Of a stretch of 64,000 nucleotides of DNA, positions 10,619 through 18,711 are shown piece after piece. Under the pieces are notes generated by a model. The model saw only the letters and a program-made list of their open reading frames with translations, was not told where the DNA came from and did not search any database. Each line of letters starts with the position of its first letter. Position 1 is the stretch's first letter. The DNA is from Candidatus Latescibacterota bacterium (GTDB taxonomy: Bacteria; Latescibacterota; UBA2968): NCBI GenBank assembly GCA_965222605.1, contig OZ244960.1, positions 4,992,001 to 5,056,000 of the forward strand, given 5' to 3'. The translations under genes and the position numbers were made by a program.

Positions 10619-10644
10619 GTAGGGGCGAACCCCTGTGTTCGCCC
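10619..10644 (+). repeat. GTAG-type REP-like palindrome
   Basis: GTAG followed by GGGCGAAC-CCCTGT-GTTCGCCC. Confidence 0.7.
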
Positions 10645-10696
10645 GCCACAGCACAATGTCAGTAATAACAATCACGAATCACCAGAGTCTTTGACT

Positions 10697-11317
10697 ATGA
10701 TCTCACGACCAACCTTTCAAAATATTAATCAGGCTACCGATATTATTAAAAATGGTGGCCTGATTGCCTATCCGACCGAGACTGTGTATGGCCTGGGGGC
10801 TGATCCCCATAACGATGAAGCTATTCAGAAGATTTTCACTGTCAAAGGACGTGCGGAGGACAAGGGGATCATTCTCTTGATTCGCGGTGTAGATGATCTT
10901 CCAACACTTGTTCGTGTGGTATCTCCGGCAGCCCAAATACTTATTGAGACATTTTGGCCGGGACCGCTCACCCTTGTTTTTCACGCCAATCGCGATCTTT
11001 CACCCGCCTTGCTCGGCGGACGCGATACAATAGCTCTCCGCCATTCGAGTTCGCCCGTTGCCTCCCGATTGCTCTCTGCACTTGGCGGATCTCTTACGAG
11101 CACGAGTGCCAATCGCTCTGCCGAACCACCGGCGCGTTCGGCTTGTGAAGTACAAAACGCGCTGGGCAATCACCTCGATCTCATTCTCGACGGTGGGCCT
11201 TCTGCCAGCACACTCCCTTCTACGCTTGTCGATGTTTCCTCCGACCGCGCAATTCTCTTGCGCGAAGGCGCTATTCCTGTCCAAAAACTCAGGGCACATA
11301 TTCATTTTGAAAAATAA
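10697..11317 (+). CDS. tsaC: L-threonylcarbamoyladenylate synthase (TsaC/Sua5 YrdC domain)
   Basis: YPTETVYGLG, KGR, WPGPLT, STSANRS. Confidence 0.95.
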   Translation: MISRPTFQNINQATDIIKNGGLIAYPTETVYGLGADPHNDEAIQKIFTVKGRAEDKGIILLIRGVDDLPTLVRVVSPAAQILIETFWPGPLTLVFHANRDLSPALLGGRDTIALRHSSSPVASRLLSALGGSLTSTSANRSAEPPARSACEVQNALGNHLDLILDGGPSASTLPSTLVDVSSDRAILLREGAIPVQKLRAHIHFEK

Positions 11318-11344
11318 AAGGCGAGAAGAGAAATCTCCTCGCCT
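11311..11344 (-). terminator. Probable intrinsic terminator
   Basis: AGGCGAG...CTCGCCT stem, with an A-tract on + that reads as a U-tract on -. Confidence 0.55.
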
Positions 11345-11372
11345 GATCGCAAACACGGGAAGCAATATTTGC

Positions 11373-11807
11373 TTAAAATGAAACATTGCTCATCACATAA
11401 GCAAAGTGCATGTCCTCGTTCAATCGGCCCAATGCTTTGATTGCATCTCGCGCCATGGCAAATGTATAACCGGCGACAAAGGTCACATTTTCGCTGTATT
11501 GGTAGGAAAACGTTAAATCGATTTCATCGGCCAGATGCCCCGATTCCATGGTGCCTTTTTGGGCGAGGAAGAACACATGTCCATCTGCTGCCAAACGCAT
11601 CTGCCCTTCTTCATCCAGCGATACAGATGCTTTTATGGCAAAGTCCTGAAGACCACCATCTCGGGTGTGTACGGGAATGTTGAGAAATAAATCGGCAAAA
11701 CCGTAGTATTTGTGATTGGTTGCAAATAGAGTATCAAATGATTTCCATTTGCTGTCTTTCGAATTGCCGTCGCCAGACAAATAATCATACCACAGGGTCA
11801 GAATAGG
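11373..11807 (-). pseudogene. C-terminal fragment of an alginate-export-family beta-barrel
   Basis: Reads PILTLWYDYLSGD...FDTLFATNHKYYGFAD...EIDL and ends in F. In-frame TAG at 11808-11810; no signal peptide or N-terminal region. Confidence 0.7.
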
Positions 11808-11827
11808 CTAACAAAAAATGATCTGTT

Positions 11828-14002
11828 TCACAACAAAATTCCCTGAACTGATTCTTCGACAAGTCCAGCCCGAATGCGCTGCGATAGGGTCGTATGTCGC
11901 TCTGCAACCCGATTGTTGCGAACTGCCATCCCCAGAGCCTGTTTTGTACCTACCAGCACGACCAGTTCCCGCGCCCGCGTAATGGCTGTGTACAACAAGT
12001 TGCGCTGTAACATCATATAGTGTTGTGTGGTCAAAGGCATTACCACGGCGCGAAATTCTGCGCCCTGGCTCTTGTGGACACTCATGGCATAAGCCAGCAC
12101 CAACTCATCCAATTCCGAGAACTCGTATTCTAAGACGCGGTCCTGAAACCGCACGCGCAATATATCATCCTCTATTCCGTGAACGCGCCCAATATCCCCG
12201 TTAAAAACATCGCGATCATAGTTATTTCGCACCTGCATCACTTTGTCGCCCACCCGAAAACGGATACCGCCCCGCGTCATTTCCTGTCCCCTGGGATTCA
12301 ACTTGTCTTGCAAGACCCGGTTGAGATTGTTCGCGCCGGTCTCTCCTCGATACATTGGCACCAGTACTTGAATATCTTCAATACTGTCCAGACGATACGT
12401 GTGCGGTAAACGTGCAGCACACAATCCACAAACCGTCTCGACGACCTGATCGGGTTCAGAGACTTCAAGAAAAAAGAAATCCGCATCGCGGTCATTTTGC
12501 ACGTATGGCATTTCGCCGCGATTGATCGCGTGGGCACTGGTAACAATATGGCTCGTTTGTGCCTGCCGAAAGATCTCGTTGAGTTCCACGACTTCTACAG
12601 TGCCAGACGCAATTACATCCTTCAACACATTCCCCGCACCAACCGATGGCAACTGATCGACATCGCCTACCAGGACGACCGAAGCACTGATTGGAACAGC
12701 GCGTAACAGACTGTTCATCAGAACCGTATCGACCATGGATATTTCATCGACAATCAGGGCTTCGATCTCCAGAGGATTTTCAAAATTTTTCTCAAACGCC
12801 ATTTCAGATGGACTAAACTTCAGCAATCTGTGGATGGTTTTGGCCTCATATCCGGTTGCCTCAGACATTCGCTTGGCTGCTCTTCCCGTTGGCGCTGCCA
12901 GTGCGATTGTTTTCTTTCGCGCTTCTAAAAGCGCGATGAGTCCCTTAATGGTCGTTGTTTTGCCTGTTCCCGGTCCACCTGTCAGCACCAGCAAATTGTG
13001 CGACAATGCTTTTTCCAATGCCAATTTTTGACGGGGTGCGAATGTTACTCCATCACCCTGTTCTATCGCCTCAATTTCCGCTGGGATATTGCCCAGTTCA
13101 ATGCGTTGCACCTGGGATAATTGGTAGCACCGCGTTGCCGCGCCCTGTTCGGCATAGTACAAATGCGGCAAATACACCCGCTCGTCATTTACCACAATCG
13201 ATTCTTCGGAGAGCAATTGCGCCACGCACGGTGCGATTGCATCGACGGGCACGTCGAGTGCTTCGGCACAAGATTCGATGAGCGCGTCCTCGGGCAAAAA
13301 AACATGTCCTTCTTTGTCTGCTGCTTCATTGAGGACATGTAAAAGACCGGCTTGAATGCGCCGGTCTGAATGCGCGGGAATGCCCATTTTTTGTGCGATG
13401 CGGTCTGCCGTCAAAAATCCAATGCCCCAAACATCTACCGATAGGCGATAGGGGTTTTCTCGAATCAATTCAACGGCTTCATTCCCGTACCGTTTCCATA
13501 TTTTTACGGCGTATCCCGTGCCCACTTCGTGCGATTGTAAGAATAGCATTACATTGTGAATCTCGCGCTGGTCTTCCCAGGCTTTGATAATCCACTTTGC
13601 GCGTTTGGCTCCCAATCCTTCAACTTCGACCAATCGATCGGGATCGCTTTCGATGACATCGAGTGCTTCTTTCCCAAAGTGATCCACAATCCGCTTTGCC
13701 GTGACCGGCCCGATGCCTTTGATCAATCCCGAACCCAAATACCGCCGCATTCCCTCTACTGTAGATGGATACACGGTCTGGTAGGATTCAATTTTGAACT
13801 GTGCACCATATTGCTTATGGGTTGTCCATTCGCCTTCCAAAACCACGGTTTCGCCCGGGTTGATCGACAGCATTTCGCCCACAATGGTCGCCAGACGGTC
13901 GTTATATGCGGCAGACCCCTCTACCTGCAAACGGGCAACCGTGTATCCATTTTCTTCATTTTGAAATGTAATGCGATCCACAATTCCGCGAAGCTGAGCC
14001 AT
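11828..14002 (-). CDS. recD2: ATP-dependent RecD-like helicase RecD2
   Basis: N-terminal OB/HhH region (IKGIGP), GGPGTGKT, APTGRAAKR, GDVDQLPSVG, HKSQGAEF, YTAITRA. Confidence 0.95.
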   Translation of the reverse strand: MAQLRGIVDRITFQNEENGYTVARLQVEGSAAYNDRLATIVGEMLSINPGETVVLEGEWTTHKQYGAQFKIESYQTVYPSTVEGMRRYLGSGLIKGIGPVTAKRIVDHFGKEALDVIESDPDRLVEVEGLGAKRAKWIIKAWEDQREIHNVMLFLQSHEVGTGYAVKIWKRYGNEAVELIRENPYRLSVDVWGIGFLTADRIAQKMGIPAHSDRRIQAGLLHVLNEAADKEGHVFLPEDALIESCAEALDVPVDAIAPCVAQLLSEESIVVNDERVYLPHLYYAEQGAATRCYQLSQVQRIELGNIPAEIEAIEQGDGVTFAPRQKLALEKALSHNLLVLTGGPGTGKTTTIKGLIALLEARKKTIALAAPTGRAAKRMSEATGYEAKTIHRLLKFSPSEMAFEKNFENPLEIEALIVDEISMVDTVLMNSLLRAVPISASVVLVGDVDQLPSVGAGNVLKDVIASGTVEVVELNEIFRQAQTSHIVTSAHAINRGEMPYVQNDRDADFFFLEVSEPDQVVETVCGLCAARLPHTYRLDSIEDIQVLVPMYRGETGANNLNRVLQDKLNPRGQEMTRGGIRFRVGDKVMQVRNNYDRDVFNGDIGRVHGIEDDILRVRFQDRVLEYEFSELDELVLAYAMSVHKSQGAEFRAVVMPLTTQHYMMLQRNLLYTAITRARELVVLVGTKQALGMAVRNNRVAERHTTLSQRIRAGLVEESVQGILL

Positions 14003-14055
14003 CTAAAACCTCGGCGAACATGTTTCTCCCAGCACTTAATCGGAGTAGTAGAGGA

Positions 14056-14084
14056 ATTATACGACACTTGCCGCGGTTTTACAA
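14056..14084 (-). promoter_or_regulatory. Sigma70-type promoter of recD2
   Basis: TTGTAA-N17-TATAAT on the - strand. Confidence 0.6.
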
Positions 14085-14136
14085 GTTGTATCAAATTTGC
14101 AGTACACAGAATGTATAAAACCCGTATATTGTTGAA

Positions 14137-14272
14137 ACACAACATTTAACGGCTACGTCACAACGGAAAAGAGGTTGACCCGAAAGCTATTGACACACCG
14201 CCTGTACCTGTCGGTGTGATCTGGGGTCCTCGCGCCGTCCCGCCAAGAACTCGCGCGAGGGCCTTTCTTTTT
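14137..14272 (+). ncRNA. Candidate structured small RNA A with intrinsic terminator
   Basis: Hairpins CAAC/GTTG and CACACCG/CGGTGTG (14194-14218). Terminator GGTCCTCGCGC/GCGCGAGGGCC (14225-14263) followed by TTTCTTTTT. 5' end uncertain (weak promoter, -10 TATATT at 14125-14130). Confidence 0.5.
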
Positions 14273-14328
14273 GGTACACGAGATGGTCGTTTTTCGGGCC
14301 AACCATATCACAACTTAAATTTTTTATG

Positions 14329-14469
14329 AAAAACAAAAAGCACCTACTCGTCCCTCCACCAAATCGCCAAATTTGACGCAAGGAACAAGCAGGTGCCTCG
14401 TGGACTGGTATGGCAACACTGCTGAAACGCTGTGCGTTCCGAAAATATTGTTTTTTTCACAGGCCAGTC
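14329..14469 (-). ncRNA. Candidate structured small RNA B with own promoter and terminator
   Basis: Promoter TTGACC-N17-TATATT. The 5' hairpin closed by GACTGG/CCAGTC starts at the predicted +1. A 17-bp G-U-containing terminator stem is followed by TTTTTGTTTTT. Confidence 0.65.
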
Positions 14470-14475
14470 GGAAAA

Positions 14476-14504
14476 AATATAGCCAATCTTATATTTGGGG
14501 TCAA
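14476..14504 (-). promoter_or_regulatory. Sigma70-type promoter of candidate sRNA B
   Basis: TTGACC (14504-14499), N17, TATATT (14481-14476). Confidence 0.65.
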
Positions 14505-14579
14505 GGGAGAAAATGGGGCTGGGGCTGTTGGACAAGTTATAGCACTAAATTTTAATAGCTTATGAATGAGGATGATTAA

Positions 14580-15212
14580 ATGAAGTGGTTAGTTTTGGGC
14601 GTTCTGCTCGGATTGTCATGGACAACTTATGCTGAAGAAGATCGCAAGGCGATTTTGTTTTTAGGGGATAGCCTGACCGCAGGTTATGGTCTGGATAAAA
14701 CGCAGGCTTTTCCCGCGTTGATTCAGGCAAAGATCGATTCGCTTGGGTGGGCGTTTGATGTAATCAATGGCGGACTGAGTGGCGAGACATCGGCGGGCGG
14801 TTTGCGGCGGGTCAACTGGTTGCTGCAGCGAAAAATCGATGTGCTGGTGCTGGCATTGGGGGGCAACGATGGTTTGCGGGGGATTCCCGTGTCTGAAATG
14901 GAGCAAAATTTGCAGGGAATTATAGATTTCGTAAAAAATAAATATCCCGATATTCAAATCGCGCTTGTGGGTATTGAAGCACCGCCGAATTTGGGAGAAG
15001 TATATACGACGGCTTTCCGCGCAGTGTTTCCTGTCCTATCAGAGAAAAATCGCGTGCTTTTGATACCCTTTTTATTAGAGGGTGTTGGCGGGATTCCAGA
15101 ACTGAATCTGCCAGACCGCATTCATCCCAATGCTGAAGGACATCGGATTGTAGCAGAAACCGTGTGGCGCGTGCTTAAACCGGTTCTGGAAAAAGTAAGA
15201 AGTGAGAAGTAA
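14580..15212 (+). CDS. tesA: Arylesterase / acyl-CoA thioesterase I (SGNH/GDSL)
   Basis: Signal peptide, GDSLTAGYG, SGETSAGG, LGGNDGLRG, DRIHPN. Confidence 0.9.
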   Translation: MKWLVLGVLLGLSWTTYAEEDRKAILFLGDSLTAGYGLDKTQAFPALIQAKIDSLGWAFDVINGGLSGETSAGGLRRVNWLLQRKIDVLVLALGGNDGLRGIPVSEMEQNLQGIIDFVKNKYPDIQIALVGIEAPPNLGEVYTTAFRAVFPVLSEKNRVLLIPFLLEGVGGIPELNLPDRIHPNAEGHRIVAETVWRVLKPVLEKVRSEK

Positions 15213-15300
15213 GAAGTGAGAAAACAGCCACCCCCGCGGTGTACAACTGGCCGACTCTCAGGCCAGTTCACGTTGGTGCATCATCTCACACTTCACACTT
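15193..15300. repeat. Inverted heptamer tracts flanking a central hairpin between convergent genes
   Basis: (AAGTAAG AAGTGAG)x2 at 15193-15220; AACTGGCC/GGCCAGTT hairpin at 15245-15268; (CACACTT)x2 at 15287-15300. Confidence 0.7.
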
Positions 15301-17854
15301 CGCTTCGCAAAATTTCGAGTGGAGGGCGGTCGGCTATGCCGCGGCTGTTGAGCATGCCGACAAAGATGGTGAGCGCGGTGACGAGGGCAAAGACACTGGC
15401 AATGGCCGCAGTGGGCAAGGCAAAGTGGATGTCGAAAATAAAGACGGTGACAGCCCAGGCACCGCCAATAGAGAGTATGAGGCCCGTCAGGGTAGCGAGT
15501 GCGCCCAGGAAGGTGTATTCCAGCAAGAGTATGCGGCGAATCTGTTTTTGAGATGCCCCCAGAGTACGCAGCAAAACGGCTTCCTGAATGCGCTGATAGC
15601 GGCTGGTGGTAACTGCGGCAGTTAGCACAATGAGTCCGGTAATCACACTAAAGAGTGCCATAAAGCGCACGACAAAGGCGATTTGTGAGAGTACATCGTC
15701 AACGGTTTTGAGAATGAGGCCGAGGTCAACAGCCGATACATTGGGGTATTGTTGAACCAGTGTGCGTTGCAACACAGCGGATTGTTCTGTTGTGTTGATG
15801 CGCGTAGTCAAGACGTGAAATTGGGGAGCGGGTTCAAGTACGCCTTTGGGAAAGACGATAAAAAAGTTTGGCTGAATGCGCTGCCAGTCAACTTCTCGCA
15901 GGCTGTGTACTGTGGTCTGAACGGGCACGCCCTGGATGTCGAGGGTGAGGGTATCGCCAAGCGAGACGCGAAGCGAGCGGGCAATGTCGCGTTCAATAGA
16001 AATGGGGATGGGTTCTTCTGTCCAGTCCTCATCTATCCAGGTGCCGTCTATAAGACGTTCTGAATCAAAGAGGTGATTGCGATAGGTCGAGCGGTATTCG
16101 CGTTGAATTGCCCAGCGCGGTACGTCGTGTATTTTGCCATAGGAACGCGCCTCCTGACCTTTGATTTTTTTCAGGCGCATGGTAACGATGGGCGCATGGT
16201 GGATGACGGGTAGGCTCTGTTTGCGAAGCAACGCGCTCACGCCTTCAATTTGATCGGTTTGCACATCGACGAGCACAAAGTTGGGGCGGTTGTCGCTCCC
16301 CGCGATGGCAATTTGAGCGAGCAGGGCGTGTTGCACAATATAGAGCGTGGTGATGAGAAAGGTGCCCAGGCCCAGCGCGAGCATAAGAATTACGGTCTGA
16401 TTGTGTGGACGGTAGAGATTGGCCAGGCCCTGTCGCCACACGTATTGCCAGTTTGTGGGAAAGAAGCGGCGAACGGTTTTGATGATGAGCCACGATGCTC
16501 CTATGAGCAGTCCAAAGGCGATGCCAAATCCAATGGCAATGCCAATCCCAACGCTGATACTGCTGGTTTGGACAATGCCCAATCCCACAACAATGAGACA
16601 GATCCCGCCGATGGTCATCAGTTGCAGGGGATCTATTTGAGATCGCGCGTTTTCAAAAGATGCCCGCAAGGTGTGCAGGGGAGATGTTCGGCGAATCGGC
16701 AATAGGGGGAGCAGTGCAAAGAGTAGCGATAGACTCAGACCAATGCCAGTGCCTTGAATGATCGCCCAATAGGAAAACTGAATATCGAGCTCAATGGGGA
16801 GAATCTGTGCGAGAACATCTGGCAGGAGATACTGTATGCCGACACCGAGGAGAGAACCGCATCCCGTACCAATAAGACCCAGCGCGATGGCCTGGATGGC
16901 GTAAATGCAGAGGACCTGATTCGATTGCGCGCCCATGCAGCGCAGGATGGCGACAGTTGTTATTTTTTGGCGCGTATAAACGTGAATGGCACTGGCAACG
17001 CCGATACATCCGAGTAAGAGTGCGGCAAAGGCGACAAGACTGAGGAAGATATAGAGGTTGTCCAATATGCGGTTGAGGCGTCTTTGACGACTGACAACGG
17101 TTTCGGTACGCAAATTGTGATCCCCGCGATAGGGGCGAAGTTCGCGCTGGATGGATCCGATTCTCGTGCCGCCATCAAACTTAAAATAGGCCACATAAGA
17201 CGCCAGACTGCCAAATTTGATGAGGCCCGTTTTTTCGAGATGCGATAAGGGAATGTACACGCGCGGTGCCACTGTGGCAAAGGCCATGGCCTCGCCCGAT
17301 ATTTTTGTGATGCGCCCGCCAATGACAAAGGCGTGGTTGCCAATTCGCACAGAATCGCCGATCTGAACGCCAAATTGAACGAGCAAGCCGTCGTCGAGCA
17401 GCGCGTGATGGGTTTTCTGAAAGGTGCTTGCCGCTGCTAATGGATCGGTTTCAAATGTGCCGTAATAGGGAAAGTCGCCTTGTAGCGCGCGCACCTGTAC
17501 CAGGCGGGTGCCGCCATTTTGGGGAAAGTAGATCATCGAGGCAAAGCGCACTTCTCGAGATTGCTCTCCGCCCCATGAGTTGAATAGAGAGTCAATAACA
17601 GGCGCGAAAGCACGCTGGCTGCTGACGCGCAAATCAGCACCTAAAAGTGTGCGTGCTTCGTTTTCGACAACGCGTTGGAGGTTATCGCCCAAAGCGCGAA
17701 CGGCCACGAGGCCACCCACGCCGAGCAATATGCAGGAAATAAAGAGCAGCAAGCGGCGGCGATACGTGCGGCTATCGCGCCAGGCCATGCGCCAGGTCCA
17801 TGTGTTGAAGAGCGGGGAGGAGGTCTGATTTTTAATGCTGGTGATTCGATCCAT
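15293..17854 (-). CDS. ybbP: YbbP-like ABC transporter permease (duplicated FtsX)
   Basis: MAWRDSR, LLGADL, PYYG, REVDW..PNFF, LRTLGAS. Confidence 0.85.
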   Translation of the reverse strand: MDRITSIKNQTSSPLFNTWTWRMAWRDSRTYRRRLLLFISCILLGVGGLVAVRALGDNLQRVVENEARTLLGADLRVSSQRAFAPVIDSLFNSWGGEQSREVRFASMIYFPQNGGTRLVQVRALQGDFPYYGTFETDPLAAASTFQKTHHALLDDGLLVQFGVQIGDSVRIGNHAFVIGGRITKISGEAMAFATVAPRVYIPLSHLEKTGLIKFGSLASYVAYFKFDGGTRIGSIQRELRPYRGDHNLRTETVVSRQRRLNRILDNLYIFLSLVAFAALLLGCIGVASAIHVYTRQKITTVAILRCMGAQSNQVLCIYAIQAIALGLIGTGCGSLLGVGIQYLLPDVLAQILPIELDIQFSYWAIIQGTGIGLSLSLLFALLPLLPIRRTSPLHTLRASFENARSQIDPLQLMTIGGICLIVVGLGIVQTSSISVGIGIAIGFGIAFGLLIGASWLIIKTVRRFFPTNWQYVWRQGLANLYRPHNQTVILMLALGLGTFLITTLYIVQHALLAQIAIAGSDNRPNFVLVDVQTDQIEGVSALLRKQSLPVIHHAPIVTMRLKKIKGQEARSYGKIHDVPRWAIQREYRSTYRNHLFDSERLIDGTWIDEDWTEEPIPISIERDIARSLRVSLGDTLTLDIQGVPVQTTVHSLREVDWQRIQPNFFIVFPKGVLEPAPQFHVLTTRINTTEQSAVLQRTLVQQYPNVSAVDLGLILKTVDDVLSQIAFVVRFMALFSVITGLIVLTAAVTTSRYQRIQEAVLLRTLGASQKQIRRILLLEYTFLGALATLTGLILSIGGAWAVTVFIFDIHFALPTAAIASVFALVTALTIFVGMLNSRGIADRPPLEILRSEV

Positions 17855-17877
17855 GATATAGTGTAGAGATCAGAAGA

Positions 17878-18576
17878 CTAACCTTTAATTCTTTCTTCAT
17901 CTGCTGTGACTTTGCCACCTTGCAAGCGGATGATGCGCTGTGTGCGTGCGGCGAGGTCGTGATCGTGCGTGACGAGGATGAGGGTTGTTCCCGCTTCGCG
18001 GTTGAGGTCAAAGAGCAAATTGGCGATGGTATGACTGGTGTCGGCGTCGAGGTTGCCTGTGAGTTCGTCGGCAAACAAGATGCGTGGTTGGTTGATAAAG
18101 GCGCGTGCAATGCCCACGCGCTGTTGTTCGCCACCCGAAAGCTGAGTGGGATAATGCGTCAAGCGGTCGTGTAATCCCACGCGGTTGAGCAATTCTTTTG
18201 CTTCGCCGAACACACCGTTTTTACCGCGTAGTTCGAGGGGTACCGCGACATTTTCAATGGCGGTGAGGGTGGGGATGAGTTGAAAGCTCTGGAAGACAAA
18301 TCCCACATATTCATTTCGCACGGCGGCGCGTTGATCTTCGTCGAGGCTGTCGAGAGCCATGCTGTGAAGGGTGACGGTCCCCGATGTTGGGCGATCAAGC
18401 CCGGCACATAAGCCGAGTAGCGTGGTTTTTCCACTGCCCGAAGGCCCCACTATCGCACAGGTTTGGCCTTTGGGTATGGTGAATGTGACGTTGTCTAAAA
18501 CGGTGAGCGGATGCTCCCCGCTCGTGTAGGTGCGGGTGAGGTTTTGAACTGCGAGTGCTGCGTTTGGATGGCTCAT
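17878..18576 (-). CDS. ybbA: YbbA-like ABC ATP-binding protein
   Basis: [24 protein letters not shown]. Confidence 0.9.
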   Translation of the reverse strand: MSHPNAALAVQNLTRTYTSGEHPLTVLDNVTFTIPKGQTCAIVGPSGSGKTTLLGLCAGLDRPTSGTVTLHSMALDSLDEDQRAAVRNEYVGFVFQSFQLIPTLTAIENVAVPLELRGKNGVFGEAKELLNRVGLHDRLTHYPTQLSGGEQQRVGIARAFINQPRILFADELTGNLDADTSHTIANLLFDLNREAGTTLILVTHDHDLAARTQRIIRLQGGKVTADEERIKG

Positions 18577-18711
18577 AGGTGTTGGTGGTTAGTGGTTAGC
18601 AAAGCATGTGCGCTGATTATTTCTTGCGTCTCTCGTTCTAATTCTTACCTTTGTGAGACACCAAAACATAACATAGAGTTCCATTATGTGCAAAAAATGA
18701 GTGGAGGAGAA

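Noticed and set aside
14015-14026. LexA box upstream of recD2 (CGAACATGTTTC)
   Set aside because: The spacing does not fit GAAC-N4-GTTC.
14003-14579. Replication origin at the skew switch
   Set aside because: There are no convincing TTATCCACA boxes or dnaA-region genes, and skew appears to switch several times in the window.
18511-18711. Long N-terminal extensions in the ORF track (cinA; also ORFs starting at 20889, 25705, 49657, 59302)
   Set aside because: They overlap neighbouring genes or promoters; SD sites and family N-termini support the downstream starts.
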